A DNA stretch of 64,000 nucleotides from IMG/VR virus record IMGVR_UViG_3300028394_002011, one strand, 5' to 3'. This stretch comes from a virus. The translations under genes were made by a program, and so were the position numbers. The notes below the pieces were generated by a model. The model ran no database searches, was not told where the DNA came from, and worked only from the letters and a program-made list of their open reading frames with translations. Numbering within the stretch: position 1 is the stretch's first letter; the number at the start of each line of letters is the position of its first letter. Positions 49,281 to 58,684 of the stretch are shown here, one piece after another.

Positions 49281-50024
49281 ATGGAGAATCTCATGAAAGA
49301 CTTTTTACAAGACCTAGTAGCACATACACATAGTTTGGGCTTTTTACCTTTGGTCAAGGTAAGTGCAACCGACAAAGAAACTATAATCGAATCTATGGCC
49401 GAAGATCGTAGTGTTATTTTAAATGCCAAAGCACACGAACCAGTTAGTGACTTTGAAGGCACATTTGGTATGCCTAACTTGAACAAGTTGGATATCCATC
49501 TTAAGTGTCCAGAATACAAAGAAGGTGCAACTATTAAAGTAGTTAAACAACAACGTAACGGAGAAGAAGTTCCAACAGGGTTGCATTTTATTAATGCAAC
49601 TGCTGACTTTGAAAACGATTATCGTTTCATGAACCAGGACATTATTAACGACAAATTGAAGTCAGCTAAATTCAAAGGCGCACAATGGGATATCGAATTT
49701 ATTCCTGCGGTTGCAAGTATTCAAAAATTGAAGTTCCAATCAAACGCACACAGCGAAGAGTCAGTATTCCAAGTTAAAACAGAAAATGGGCATTTGGTGT
49801 TTAGTTTTGGGGATTCAAGTACACACGCTGGAAGTTTTATTTTCCAAGCAAACGTTGTTGGTAAATTGAAACAAACTTGGTCGTGGCCTGTTAATCAAGT
49901 TCAAAGTATTCTTGGACTAAGTGGGACTGCTACTATGCGTATTGCGGATGGCGGATTGTTAAACATCAATATCGACAGTGGTGTTGCAGTATATGATTAT
50001 ATTTTGCCAGCACAATCCAAATAA
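49281..50024 (+). CDS. Sliding clamp (gp45/PCNA-like)
   Basis: About 245 aa with FGMPNLNKL and C-terminal YDYILPAQ; near polB, and a clamp loader is encoded in the window. Confidence 0.6.
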   Translation: MENLMKDFLQDLVAHTHSLGFLPLVKVSATDKETIIESMAEDRSVILNAKAHEPVSDFEGTFGMPNLNKLDIHLKCPEYKEGATIKVVKQQRNGEEVPTGLHFINATADFENDYRFMNQDIINDKLKSAKFKGAQWDIEFIPAVASIQKLKFQSNAHSEESVFQVKTENGHLVFSFGDSSTHAGSFIFQANVVGKLKQTWSWPVNQVQSILGLSGTATMRIADGGLLNINIDSGVAVYDYILPAQSK

Positions 50025-50227
50025 TGGAAACTAAAAAAAGAACAGTAGTGAGAATGTTAACATACCGTATTACAGCATGGTTGTTTACAATACTCTGGAC
50101 ATACATGTTCACCAGCGATATCAGTAGTGCTACTGGGTTTGCCACAGCACTACACGTTCTTTTAAGTATTGACTACTACATACATGAAAGAATATGGTTA
50201 AAAATAAAGTGGGGCAGAATTGAATAA
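50024..50227 (+). CDS. DUF2061-like small membrane protein
   Basis: ETKKRTVVRMLTYRI...YYIHERIWLKIKWG pattern. Confidence 0.7.
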   Translation: METKKRTVVRMLTYRITAWLFTILWTYMFTSDISSATGFATALHVLLSIDYYIHERIWLKIKWGRIE

Positions 50228-51944
50228 GAACTTAACAGCACATCAAAGCGATTACGCATACTTCTTGCCGGCCACGTCAGGATTTTACAGCACATACATA
50301 GGCAAACAACGTTATAACAATTACGTAGATCCTGCACGTATTCCTGCTAGCTTTGGCCCCATGGGTATTGAAGCAATGAATTATTTGAATCCCAATGCGG
50401 CATTTTACTTTGATCATTGTTTGTATTCAGCAGGTCATGCTAACTTAGATTTAACTAAGCCTGACCCAAGCGAAGATATGTTTCGTAATAGAGACCGTAA
50501 AACTAGTTGGGTATTAGGTGACTCTGGCGGTTTTCAGATTGGTAAAGGTGTATGGGCCGGAGAATGGAATGATCCATCCGGGCCAGTAGTTGCACAACGC
50601 ATGGCCGAAGCAGTTGCCAAGGGTGTAGAATTAGTGCCGCAATTACATCCAACTGGACATCCTAAAACAGACAAAAATGGTAATCCAAAATATACTAAAA
50701 TTGATCACGTTAAACTCTATCAAGCACAATTAGATGCGGCACAGAAAAAGCGTGAACAAGTATTAGCATGGATGGATGCACTGATGGATTATGGCATGGT
50801 GCTCGATATTCCAGCATGGGTCGGTCGTAGTCCAGTAGGTGCTAAGAATAGCGGTGTTGGAGATTACGATCAAGCCGTTGCCGCTACAAAATACAATAAC
50901 GAATATTTCATTAAGCATCGCACAGGTGCTTGTAAATTCTTGAATGTATTGCAAGGCGAAAATCACGCACAGGCAGAAAATTGGTATCAGCAAATGAAAG
51001 ACTTTTGCGACCCAAAGAAATACGACAAGCCATTTAATGGGTGGGCCATGGGTGGTCAGAATATGTGTGACGTAGACCTAGTACTGCGTAGACTTGTTGC
51101 ATTAAAGTTTGACGGATTATTAGAAGAAGGTCATCAAGACTGGATGCATTTTCTTGGAACAAGTAAATTAGAATGGGCATTATTACTCACAGATATTCAA
51201 CGTGCTATTCGTAAATATCATAATCCTAAATTTACAATTAGTTTTGATTGTGCTAGTCCTTTCCTTGCTACTGCTAATGGACAAATTTATGTTCAAACAG
51301 AAATTACAGATAGAGAAAAATGGCTCTATCGTATGTTGCCAAGTTTAGACCATAAGAAATACAGTAAAGACACTAGACTGTTTCAAGATGTAGTTGTGCA
51401 AGATGGACATTTTAAATCATTTACTACTAGTCCGTTAATGGACGGTGTAGAAGTTAAAGACATTTGCATCTATGGTCCTAACGATGTAAACAAAATTGGC
51501 AAGATTGGTAAGACCAGCTGGGACAGTTTTACTTATGCCATCATGATGGGGCATAATGTTTGGCTACATTTGAACAGCGTACAAGAAGCCAATCGTCAAT
51601 ATGATGCTGGATTATGTCCTGGCATGTTAGATGTTACTACAGCTATACCAAAACCATTTACAGATTACTCTCCGTTACCAAATAAATTTAGAGATGTTGT
51701 AGACGCTATCTTTAGTGCGCCAGATAGAGATTCGGCAATGGCAATTATCGATTATTATGATAAATTTTGGCAAGCTATACCTGGTACACGTGGCGCAACC
51801 GGTAAGAAAACAGTCAACGCATCAACTATATATTCCAAATTCTTTGAAGAAGTTGACCAAGATACTGTACAATTAGAAGATGATCCTGAATTTGATGATA
51901 ACAAACTAGACGAATTAGAGGCCGGTGTACATGACATTACCTGA
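50220..51944 (+). CDS. dpdA: TGT-fold 7-deazaguanine transglycosylase (DpdA-like)
   Basis: GDSGGFQ, MVLDIP, NVLQG, GWAMGG, HFLGTS, SFDCASP (nucleophile Asp) and HN motifs in TGT order; same region as folE, queE and a QueD paralogue. Confidence 0.75.
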   Translation: MNKNLTAHQSDYAYFLPATSGFYSTYIGKQRYNNYVDPARIPASFGPMGIEAMNYLNPNAAFYFDHCLYSAGHANLDLTKPDPSEDMFRNRDRKTSWVLGDSGGFQIGKGVWAGEWNDPSGPVVAQRMAEAVAKGVELVPQLHPTGHPKTDKNGNPKYTKIDHVKLYQAQLDAAQKKREQVLAWMDALMDYGMVLDIPAWVGRSPVGAKNSGVGDYDQAVAATKYNNEYFIKHRTGACKFLNVLQGENHAQAENWYQQMKDFCDPKKYDKPFNGWAMGGQNMCDVDLVLRRLVALKFDGLLEEGHQDWMHFLGTSKLEWALLLTDIQRAIRKYHNPKFTISFDCASPFLATANGQIYVQTEITDREKWLYRMLPSLDHKKYSKDTRLFQDVVVQDGHFKSFTTSPLMDGVEVKDICIYGPNDVNKIGKIGKTSWDSFTYAIMMGHNVWLHLNSVQEANRQYDAGLCPGMLDVTTAIPKPFTDYSPLPNKFRDVVDAIFSAPDRDSAMAIIDYYDKFWQAIPGTRGATGKKTVNASTIYSKFFEEVDQDTVQLEDDPEFDDNKLDELEAGVHDIT

Positions 51945-52176
51945 CGAAAGATATCGAGCAGTAGTTCAAACTCAAAAATTTTTAGTTGAGATTCTGAATA
52001 CTCCTCGAGTTCCGAAAGCCATCAAAGACCGTGCAAGAAGTTGTTTGCGTCATTATCCTACTGATTGGGATATGCAACGTACCGCACTTCAGGCGCCTGA
52101 TGTATTTGCCGAACGTATGGAAGATGTGACTCGGATGTTTAAAAAGTACGAGGAAAATAAAAATGAGCAAGCGTAG
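51931..52176 (+). CDS. Hypothetical protein
   Basis: MTLPDERYRAV...CLRHYP; overlaps both neighbours. Confidence 0.65.
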   Translation: MTLPDERYRAVVQTQKFLVEILNTPRVPKAIKDRARSCLRHYPTDWDMQRTALQAPDVFAERMEDVTRMFKKYEENKNEQA

Positions 52177-53047
52177 TCTCGTTATCGGCATGGGTATTGG
52201 ACAGTTATACAAAACTGTGTTAGAGAAACTTGGACATGATGTGGTTACAGTAGATATGGATCCATCTAAAGGTGCAGATTTTACTGACGTAAAAGATGCT
52301 ATTAGAAAATATAATTTATTTGATACTGCACACATTTGTACTCCAAACTTTACACACAAATCAATAGCTGAAGAAGTTGCCACATATACCAAAATAGTGT
52401 TTGTTGAAAAGCCAGGATTCAAAACAAGTAACGACTGGACTGGTATGATTAAGACCAGACCGTTTACACGTTTTATGATGGTCAAAAATAATATGTGGCG
52501 AGACAACATTGTTGAGTTAAAAGATTTAGCAAATAAATCTAAAAAAGTTAATCTTAATTGGATTAACAAAGATCGTATACCAAATCCAGGTAGTTGGTTT
52601 ACTAATAAAGAACTGGCATTTGGTGGTGTTAGTAGAGATTTAATGCCTCACTTGTTAAGTTGGTTTATAGTATTGGCGCCAGACTGGATTAGAGCTAACT
52701 TGACTAAGCAAACTGCATTTAAAAGGTGGACACTGGGTCAATTGACTGGCACAGATTACGGAACTGTTAATGTTAATGGCACGTATGATGTGGATGATTT
52801 TTGTCAAATTAATTTTACAGACAAATGGCAACTAACTGCTGATTGGCGAGATTTAAAATCTGATAAAAGAAATATTGAATTTGTCATGGAAGACAACAGT
52901 GTAGTAACAGTTGAATTAGGTTTGTGTCCCGAAGATGCGTATTATAATATGATCAAAGATGCTATTGATAACGTAGATAATCATTCTTTTTGGCTTAATC
53001 AATATAATCAAGATACATGGATACACGAAAGGATACAACATCTATGA
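52163..53047 (+). CDS. Gfo/Idh/MocA-family NAD(P) oxidoreductase
   Basis: LVIGMGIG, HICTPNFTH, FVEKPG, GGVSRDLMPH. Confidence 0.8.
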   Translation: MSKRSLVIGMGIGQLYKTVLEKLGHDVVTVDMDPSKGADFTDVKDAIRKYNLFDTAHICTPNFTHKSIAEEVATYTKIVFVEKPGFKTSNDWTGMIKTRPFTRFMMVKNNMWRDNIVELKDLANKSKKVNLNWINKDRIPNPGSWFTNKELAFGGVSRDLMPHLLSWFIVLAPDWIRANLTKQTAFKRWTLGQLTGTDYGTVNVNGTYDVDDFCQINFTDKWQLTADWRDLKSDKRNIEFVMEDNSVVTVELGLCPEDAYYNMIKDAIDNVDNHSFWLNQYNQDTWIHERIQHL

Positions 53048-53934
53048 TAAGATGTTTACAAACTACAGGCCAAGGTTACTTTGAAGAAGTAACTTATGAA
53101 TTGCCCCCACTAGGGCCTACTGATATTTGTGTACAGGCTATCATGACCGGTGTATGTCGTAGCGACATTGATATGATGCAAGGTAATTTTGGACCACTTC
53201 CGTTAAGTATGCAAGGTCACGAAGGCTTGGGTCAAGTAATTGAAATGGGTGCAAGTGTAACTGGTCTTGCAAAAGGCGATTTTGTTGCTACTCGTGGTGA
53301 GCCAGCATACGCAGACTATTACAATGTACGTGCTAACGAATACGTACAAGTTCCAGAAGCGCATCCAAAATATATTTTAGAACCAGTTGCTTGTGGTATT
53401 AATTGTGTTAGTCAAGCATACGAAGAATTTGAACGCAGATCCAAAGGTAAATGTTTGATCTTAGGTAGCGGATTTCTTGCTTGGGTTGTTTTTAATAATT
53501 TAAAACATCATTTTCCAGATATGGATGTTGACGCATTAGGATCTAATAACATAGATCTCTGGGGAGACACTTTGTTATTGGGGACCAGTGAAAGTTATGA
53601 CATTGTCGTGGACTTATCAGGAAAATATGATATAGGTACAGATATTAACCTAAATAACGAAGCACTAATTATAGATGCCGTTGGTAAAGCAGTAACCAAA
53701 GAAGAAGCACAACAGCAACTTTGGAAAGCTGTTACCACAGTTAAACCTAGTCCAAGAACGTCTCGATTTATCACAGCCATGCATCAAGCACGTTGGATGA
53801 TTGAAAACGGTGAACTTGAGGTTGATTCTTTTTGGACTAGAGGTTATAATAGAAACATAGAGTGGCAACAAGCGTTTGCGGATGGTAAGGATCGTCCAAA
53901 CGGTTACAGCAGAGGTTATATCAAATGGGACTAA
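53044..53934 (+). CDS. Zn-dependent medium-chain dehydrogenase (MDR, sugar/polyol DH-like)
   Basis: GVCRSD, GHEG, LEPVAC, LILGSG; no structural-zinc Cys lobe; start ATG 53044 (ATGA overlap). Confidence 0.8.
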   Translation: MIRCLQTTGQGYFEEVTYELPPLGPTDICVQAIMTGVCRSDIDMMQGNFGPLPLSMQGHEGLGQVIEMGASVTGLAKGDFVATRGEPAYADYYNVRANEYVQVPEAHPKYILEPVACGINCVSQAYEEFERRSKGKCLILGSGFLAWVVFNNLKHHFPDMDVDALGSNNIDLWGDTLLLGTSESYDIVVDLSGKYDIGTDINLNNEALIIDAVGKAVTKEEAQQQLWKAVTTVKPSPRTSRFITAMHQARWMIENGELEVDSFWTRGYNRNIEWQQAFADGKDRPNGYSRGYIKWD

Positions 53935-54464
53935 ACACTGAAGAACGACAAGACGTCGTATACTTTACAGGTTATGAAGTCGAGCATACTATTTGTTATG
54001 GTATGTTTACACTATTTGTAGTGGGCACTCCTCCACTTGAAGAAATTTTGCGTAAGGCAGACGACACTCAAGCATTGTTAGACGAGTCTAAACGCATTAA
54101 ACACATTTACTTTGGCACTAGTCAAAGTTTTAATCCTAAATCGATTAGTCACGAAGAATATAAAGCGTGGGATGAAGTTATTATAGGCTGTCTAAAAGCA
54201 GACTATTGGGTTTCATTGGACTTTGGTGTTGAACACATTGAAGGTGTATTGGAATCTGCTTATAACGAATATCCTCGCTTTGTCCCCATGATTAGTGTCA
54301 AGCTACCTTACATTAATCAACTCAACTATAACGCCACACTTAAACTGGACGACCGAACTTGGGGTGCTACAAATCCAGGTGTGTGGACACATCACCTACA
54401 GAGCTTAATGGGTAAAGACAAGTATACTCATTGGGATCAGTACACACAAGATACAGCATTATGA
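53925..54464 (+). CDS. Hypothetical protein in the deazaguanine operon
   Basis: 179-aa ORF overlapping both neighbours; no family recognised. Confidence 0.65.
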   Translation: MGLNTEERQDVVYFTGYEVEHTICYGMFTLFVVGTPPLEEILRKADDTQALLDESKRIKHIYFGTSQSFNPKSISHEEYKAWDEVIIGCLKADYWVSLDFGVEHIEGVLESAYNEYPRFVPMISVKLPYINQLNYNATLKLDDRTWGATNPGVWTHHLQSLMGKDKYTHWDQYTQDTAL

Positions 54465-55009
54465 TTAAACGTATACCGGCAGGAACCCTGCTACCAAAAA
54501 AAAGAAATGACGGCTCTGACGGTCGATTTATCGAAGACGCATACGAAAAAGCAGGAAACATTATAGATCGTGTTGGGCCTGTAGATATGCCAACAGAAGG
54601 TACTGAAATAAAAAGTCATAGTATATACAGCAATTCGTCTTACTCTCAAGGTTCTATAACTATAGATAATATAAAAACTTTGCCGTGGAATAAAACTGAT
54701 ATCTATAAAAAAGTTCAGAAACAAGAAGTAGTTTTAACAGATCCAATTTTTAGGATTACTAAAGAACCTATAAGTGTTGATATGACTGATAACGAAATAC
54801 AAGAAAAATTTGAACAAGACTACAATTATATTGCCAAACAAGTATTGCAAGGTAATTCTTCTAAAGACATTTATGGACCTAATAAGTATCTAGTTGGAGA
54901 TTGTTGGGGCCATGAAAATTCTGTTAGAATTAGAATTCCAGTTAAATCTATGAAAAAAATTATAAGCATCTCTCGTACATCTCAATCTAGAGAAAGGTTC
55001 TTTGACTAA
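54461..55009 (+). CDS. PD-(D/E)XK restriction-like endonuclease (MutH/Sau3AI/NaeI-like)
   Basis: GRFIED helix followed by VDMP..G.EIKS (D...ExK); visibly more A-rich than its neighbours; start ATG 54461. Confidence 0.55.
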   Translation: MIKRIPAGTLLPKKRNDGSDGRFIEDAYEKAGNIIDRVGPVDMPTEGTEIKSHSIYSNSSYSQGSITIDNIKTLPWNKTDIYKKVQKQEVVLTDPIFRITKEPISVDMTDNEIQEKFEQDYNYIAKQVLQGNSSKDIYGPNKYLVGDCWGHENSVRIRIPVKSMKKIISISRTSQSRERFFD

Positions 55010-55010
55010 A

Positions 55011-55406
55011 ATGATTATTAAACAAGACCTTCGACCACTTAAAATGATTTGGGTTACCTTTCAAAAAGAAGGAATCCATTGTTATCCGGCCGCGGCCACA
55101 GACCCTAACTTAGCAACAGGAGATCAATATGATGTATCGTTTCTTGCTAGTCCTCATCGTCATATCTTTCATTTTAGGGTATGGCTTAGTGTCACCCACA
55201 ATGACAGAGATGTGGAGTTCATCCAGTTTAAGCGATGGCTTGAACAACTGTATTCTAGCACACAAGGTGTTTTGTCGCTAGATCACAAGAGTTGCGAAAT
55301 GATGTCGGACGAATTGTACGACACTATTTCACAAAAGTATCCAAGCCGTGAGGTTTGGATTGAAGTCTCCGAAGACGGAGAAAATGGTTCGTTTATCAAG
55401 TACTAA
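55011..55406 (+). CDS. dpdL: QueD-paralogue T-fold protein with DpdL-type signature
   Basis: LASPHRHIF (LxxxHRHxF) in place of the QueD CxxxHGH; EFIQFK, LDH, SCE and VSEDGEN match the T-fold layout. Confidence 0.6.
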   Translation: MIIKQDLRPLKMIWVTFQKEGIHCYPAAATDPNLATGDQYDVSFLASPHRHIFHFRVWLSVTHNDRDVEFIQFKRWLEQLYSSTQGVLSLDHKSCEMMSDELYDTISQKYPSREVWIEVSEDGENGSFIKY

Positions 55407-55417
55407 GGAAAGCTACA

Positions 55418-55666
55418 ATGGCTAAGAATTACAAAGACATCAATTATTTTGAAACTCGCCCGGATATCGTTAAGATTTTCGATGAACTAGAATCCTTTCT
55501 TAACTTCTGTAGGATTGAATTGTTCCCTTACAACGAAGCTGACCTGTACAACAGAGAAAGCTGGGTGTGGCGCAACTACGAAAAGAGCAAGCGTCCAAAG
55601 AAAGCATGGACCGGCGAGAAAAAACCTTATCAAGGCAATCGTCCGTTTGTTAACAGAAACCAATGA
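55418..55666 (+). CDS. Hypothetical protein
   Basis: 82 aa, SD aagga, coupled to the glycosyltransferase gene. Confidence 0.6.
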   Translation: MAKNYKDINYFETRPDIVKIFDELESFLNFCRIELFPYNEADLYNRESWVWRNYEKSKRPKKAWTGEKKPYQGNRPFVNRNQ

Positions 55667-56763
55667 ACGTATTCATAATTGATCTAGAAGCTGTTGAAAC
55701 ACGGTACACGGGACAATGGAAGTCCCATGTACCTAACCTCTTACGAAAGGCAGGACACCATGTTCAAATTATCTCTGGTCCTACGGACATTCCTACAGCC
55801 ACTACTCCTGGCGCCTTTCTTAATTTTGGTGGTACCAATATATACAAGGCTAGTCAGGTTGAGCAAATGGGCCGTTTATTTTGTAACGGAGCCGTTCATC
55901 CCGGCGATCACTTTGTTTTTACTGATGCTTGGCATCCTGGTATCATAAATTTAAAATACATGAGTGAGTTATTGGGTATTCCAATAACCACACATGGCTT
56001 ATGGCATGCTGGCAGTTATGATCCTCAAGATTTCCTAGGACGTCTTGTTGGAAACAAACCTTGGGTACGTAATGCGGAGAAAAGTTTCTTCCACGCATTT
56101 GACCACAACTATTTTGCTACCGATTTTCATATTGAGTTATTTCATAGGGAATTACTTAACGGCGGGTTCCAAACAGAAAATCCCTGGTATGAAGAGGAAC
56201 TGAGTGAGATACTAGCCGGCGAGTATACTAAAATTATACGTACTGGTTGGCCCATGGAATATATGCACGATACTTTGTTACCGTACAAGGGTATGCAAAA
56301 ACGTGACTTAATTTTATTTCCGCACAGGATTTCTCCAGAAAAACAAGTTGAAATTTTTAGAGATCTCGCTACTCATTTACCACAATACGAATTTGTAGTT
56401 TGTCAAGATCAACATCTAACAAAAAATGAATATCATAACTTGTTAGGCGAAGCAAAGATGGTGTTTAGTGCTAACTTACAAGAAACTTTAGGCATTAGTT
56501 GCTACGAAGGTGCAGTAGTTGATGCTATACCACTAGTACCTGATAGACTTAGTTATACTGAGATGTATTCGGATACGTTTAAGTACCCAAGTGTATGGAC
56601 TGAAAATTTTGAATCATATCAAACACATCGTCCTAATTTATGTTTTGCAATTATGCAACACATGGATCATTATTCTACACGTATTCCGCAAATTAAAAAA
56701 CAAACGGAGGTGTTACATGAGCAGTTCTTCTCAGCAACCAGACTCATCGATAACATTAAGTGA
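55663..56763 (+). CDS. GT-B glycosyltransferase (GT4-like)
   Basis: FPHRISPEKQ and ETLGISCYE (E-x7-E) motifs followed by AIPLVPD. Confidence 0.8.
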   Translation: MNVFIIDLEAVETRYTGQWKSHVPNLLRKAGHHVQIISGPTDIPTATTPGAFLNFGGTNIYKASQVEQMGRLFCNGAVHPGDHFVFTDAWHPGIINLKYMSELLGIPITTHGLWHAGSYDPQDFLGRLVGNKPWVRNAEKSFFHAFDHNYFATDFHIELFHRELLNGGFQTENPWYEEELSEILAGEYTKIIRTGWPMEYMHDTLLPYKGMQKRDLILFPHRISPEKQVEIFRDLATHLPQYEFVVCQDQHLTKNEYHNLLGEAKMVFSANLQETLGISCYEGAVVDAIPLVPDRLSYTEMYSDTFKYPSVWTENFESYQTHRPNLCFAIMQHMDHYSTRIPQIKKQTEVLHEQFFSATRLIDNIK

Positions 56764-57133
56764 CACTTACACTATCGATGTAAGCAACATGTCTACTTTT
56801 AATTTTACCAATAATGATACTATTACATTAACTGGTTATAGCCCTTGCACCGTGTCGTATCCTACTCATTATAGTAGCCCGTCAACTTTGACTACTACAC
56901 AAATTTCAAGTTTGACTACTGCACAACTGGGTTCAATAACTAGTATAGATACATCAGCGTTTACAATAAGTTTTCCGGAAGAGTGGGTCAATTGTTTTCC
57001 TGAGTTTAAACGTATTGAAAAAATGTGTGAAGAATATCCTGGATTAAAGATAGCCTACGAAAAATTTGTAACAACTTATAAACTAGTAACAGATCACTAT
57101 GATACTCCAAAAGATAAAAGACCTAAGCCTTAA
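56717..57133 (+). CDS. Hypothetical Ser/Thr-rich protein
   Basis: SD ggagg precedes ATG 56717; C-terminal IEKMCEEYPGLKIAYEKF block. Confidence 0.6.
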   Translation: MSSSSQQPDSSITLSDTYTIDVSNMSTFNFTNNDTITLTGYSPCTVSYPTHYSSPSTLTTTQISSLTTAQLGSITSIDTSAFTISFPEEWVNCFPEFKRIEKMCEEYPGLKIAYEKFVTTYKLVTDHYDTPKDKRPKP

Positions 57134-57575
57134 TTGGTTGGAGAGGCTAGACCGCAAACGCATCATTATGGATCGGCAGTGTAACGAGCCGTTGTTGACT
57201 CGTTATTACTTATTTTTAAAAGAACGTAAGCATTTTCCATTCAATGTGTTCTTACACAAGTTTCACAAAGGCGATCCTGGTGATGTGCATGATCATCCGT
57301 GGCCGTATGCTACACTAATATTAAAAGGCGGTTACTATGAATACACTCCTAATTTCGAACATGGCAAGATGGTTGGAGAAACTAAGCATTGGCGTGGTCC
57401 TGGTCACTGGCGCATTTGCAGTGCTAACAGCTACCATCGTATCGAATTGGTTCTTGGAATAACTGCTTGGACTTTGTTTATGCCAGGTCCGCAACGTCAA
57501 GAATGGGGATTTTTAGTGAACAACAAATGGATACACAATGACCAATACCTTGAAGACCGTAAACAAAATGTCTAG
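57099..57575 (+). CDS. Cupin-fold protein
   Basis: LHKF...HDHPW...ILKGGYYE...HRIEL...WTLF: two-motif metal-binding cupin; start codon uncertain. Confidence 0.7.
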   Translation: MILQKIKDLSLNWLERLDRKRIIMDRQCNEPLLTRYYLFLKERKHFPFNVFLHKFHKGDPGDVHDHPWPYATLILKGGYYEYTPNFEHGKMVGETKHWRGPGHWRICSANSYHRIELVLGITAWTLFMPGPQRQEWGFLVNNKWIHNDQYLEDRKQNV

Positions 57576-57963
57576 GACTCCACCACAAGCTGTAGTTGGT
57601 ATTACTACGCATGGGTTGTACGGTGCCGTTCCTCCGCAATTAAGCGGGCAGGTTTATACAACTAACACTACAGCTGGACAGTTTTTAACATCAACTGGTA
57701 ACGGCACAAGCTGGACTAATAACCCCGTTGACAATGTAATGGTTGTTAGTAATAATCCGGCCGAATTAGAAGTTAAAGGTCGAATGGTATTAAACGGGAG
57801 AGATTTGGAAGAACGGTTGGACACAATCGAAAAAGTCTTGCAAATTCCTGAAAGAGATGTTATACTTGAGAAGAAACATCCAAAGTTAAAAAAGTTATAT
57901 GACGACTATATTAACGCATTGGGTAAGTATAGAACATTTGAATCAATCAAAGGAGATGAATAA
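57568..57963 (+). CDS. Hypothetical protein
   Basis: Low-complexity N-terminus plus LEERLDTIEKVLQIPERD..LEKKHPKLK block. Confidence 0.6.
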   Translation: MSRTPPQAVVGITTHGLYGAVPPQLSGQVYTTNTTAGQFLTSTGNGTSWTNNPVDNVMVVSNNPAELEVKGRMVLNGRDLEERLDTIEKVLQIPERDVILEKKHPKLKKLYDDYINALGKYRTFESIKGDE

Positions 57964-58196
57964 TGGAATTACATGAATCAGTTAAAGGTACGTATACAGA
58001 AACCCTTATCAAAGAACAAGACGGATTTCGTCTTGTGTTAAAAAAACACGAAGTACTTGCTCCTAAAGGGTTGTTCAGCGTCAACATGGAACAACAAACA
58101 TTAGGACTCAACGGCGAAGTTCGAGATACAGCAGTATATAATTTCTTTATGACCAAAGAAGAAATATCAAAATTGGCTTCAGCGTTAACAGCATGA
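57963..58196 (+). CDS. Hypothetical protein
   Basis: TAATG coupling; SD aaggag. Confidence 0.6.
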   Translation: MELHESVKGTYTETLIKEQDGFRLVLKKHEVLAPKGLFSVNMEQQTLGLNGEVRDTAVYNFFMTKEEISKLASALTA

Positions 58197-58684
58197 ACAA
58201 GATCTATTACACTTGGCAACAAGTAGAAGGTGCATGTTTAGAAATTGCTAGACAAATGCATGTTCATTATTGGCGGCCAGATTATATAGTGGGCATTACA
58301 CGCGGCGGTCTTGTTCCTGCTAATTTATTGAGTCAGTACACAGGCATTAAAATGAACAGCCTAGACATTAGTCTACGAGATGGCGGCGATTGTGTTAGTA
58401 ATTTGGGTATGGCCGAAGATGCATTTAACGGTAAAAAGATTCTTATAGTCGATGATATTAACGATCAAGGATCCACTGTTAATTGGATTAAACAAGATTG
58501 GCCAAGTGGTTGTTTTCCCGACGATCCTAAATGGGTAGGCATCTGGGGAGATAATGTTCGATTTGCAGTTTTAACACACAATCAATCAAGTCAGTTTAAA
58601 GATCCAGACTATTATGTATGGGCTGTAAACAAAGCAGAAGAAGATTGTTGGTTAGTTTATCCTTGGGAGGAGTTTTGGTTATGA
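58193..58684 (+). CDS. Purine phosphoribosyltransferase (Gpt-like)
   Basis: YTWQQV...IVGITRGGLVPA and PRPP loop ILIVDDINDQGST, as in xanthine-guanine PRTase. Confidence 0.8.
   Translation: MNKIYYTWQQVEGACLEIARQMHVHYWRPDYIVGITRGGLVPANLLSQYTGIKMNSLDISLRDGGDCVSNLGMAEDAFNGKKILIVDDINDQGSTVNWIKQDWPSGCFPDDPKWVGIWGDNVRFAVLTHNQSSQFKDPDYYVWAVNKAEEDCWLVYPWEEFWL

Noticed and set aside
50024-50227. DUF2061 membrane protein as part of the modification pathway
   Set aside because: A small membrane protein with no catalytic motif; more likely a passenger inserted between the clamp and dpdA genes.
55011-55406. Calling the T-fold protein a canonical QueD
   Set aside because: It lacks the CxxxHGH catalytic motif and has LxxxHRHxF instead.
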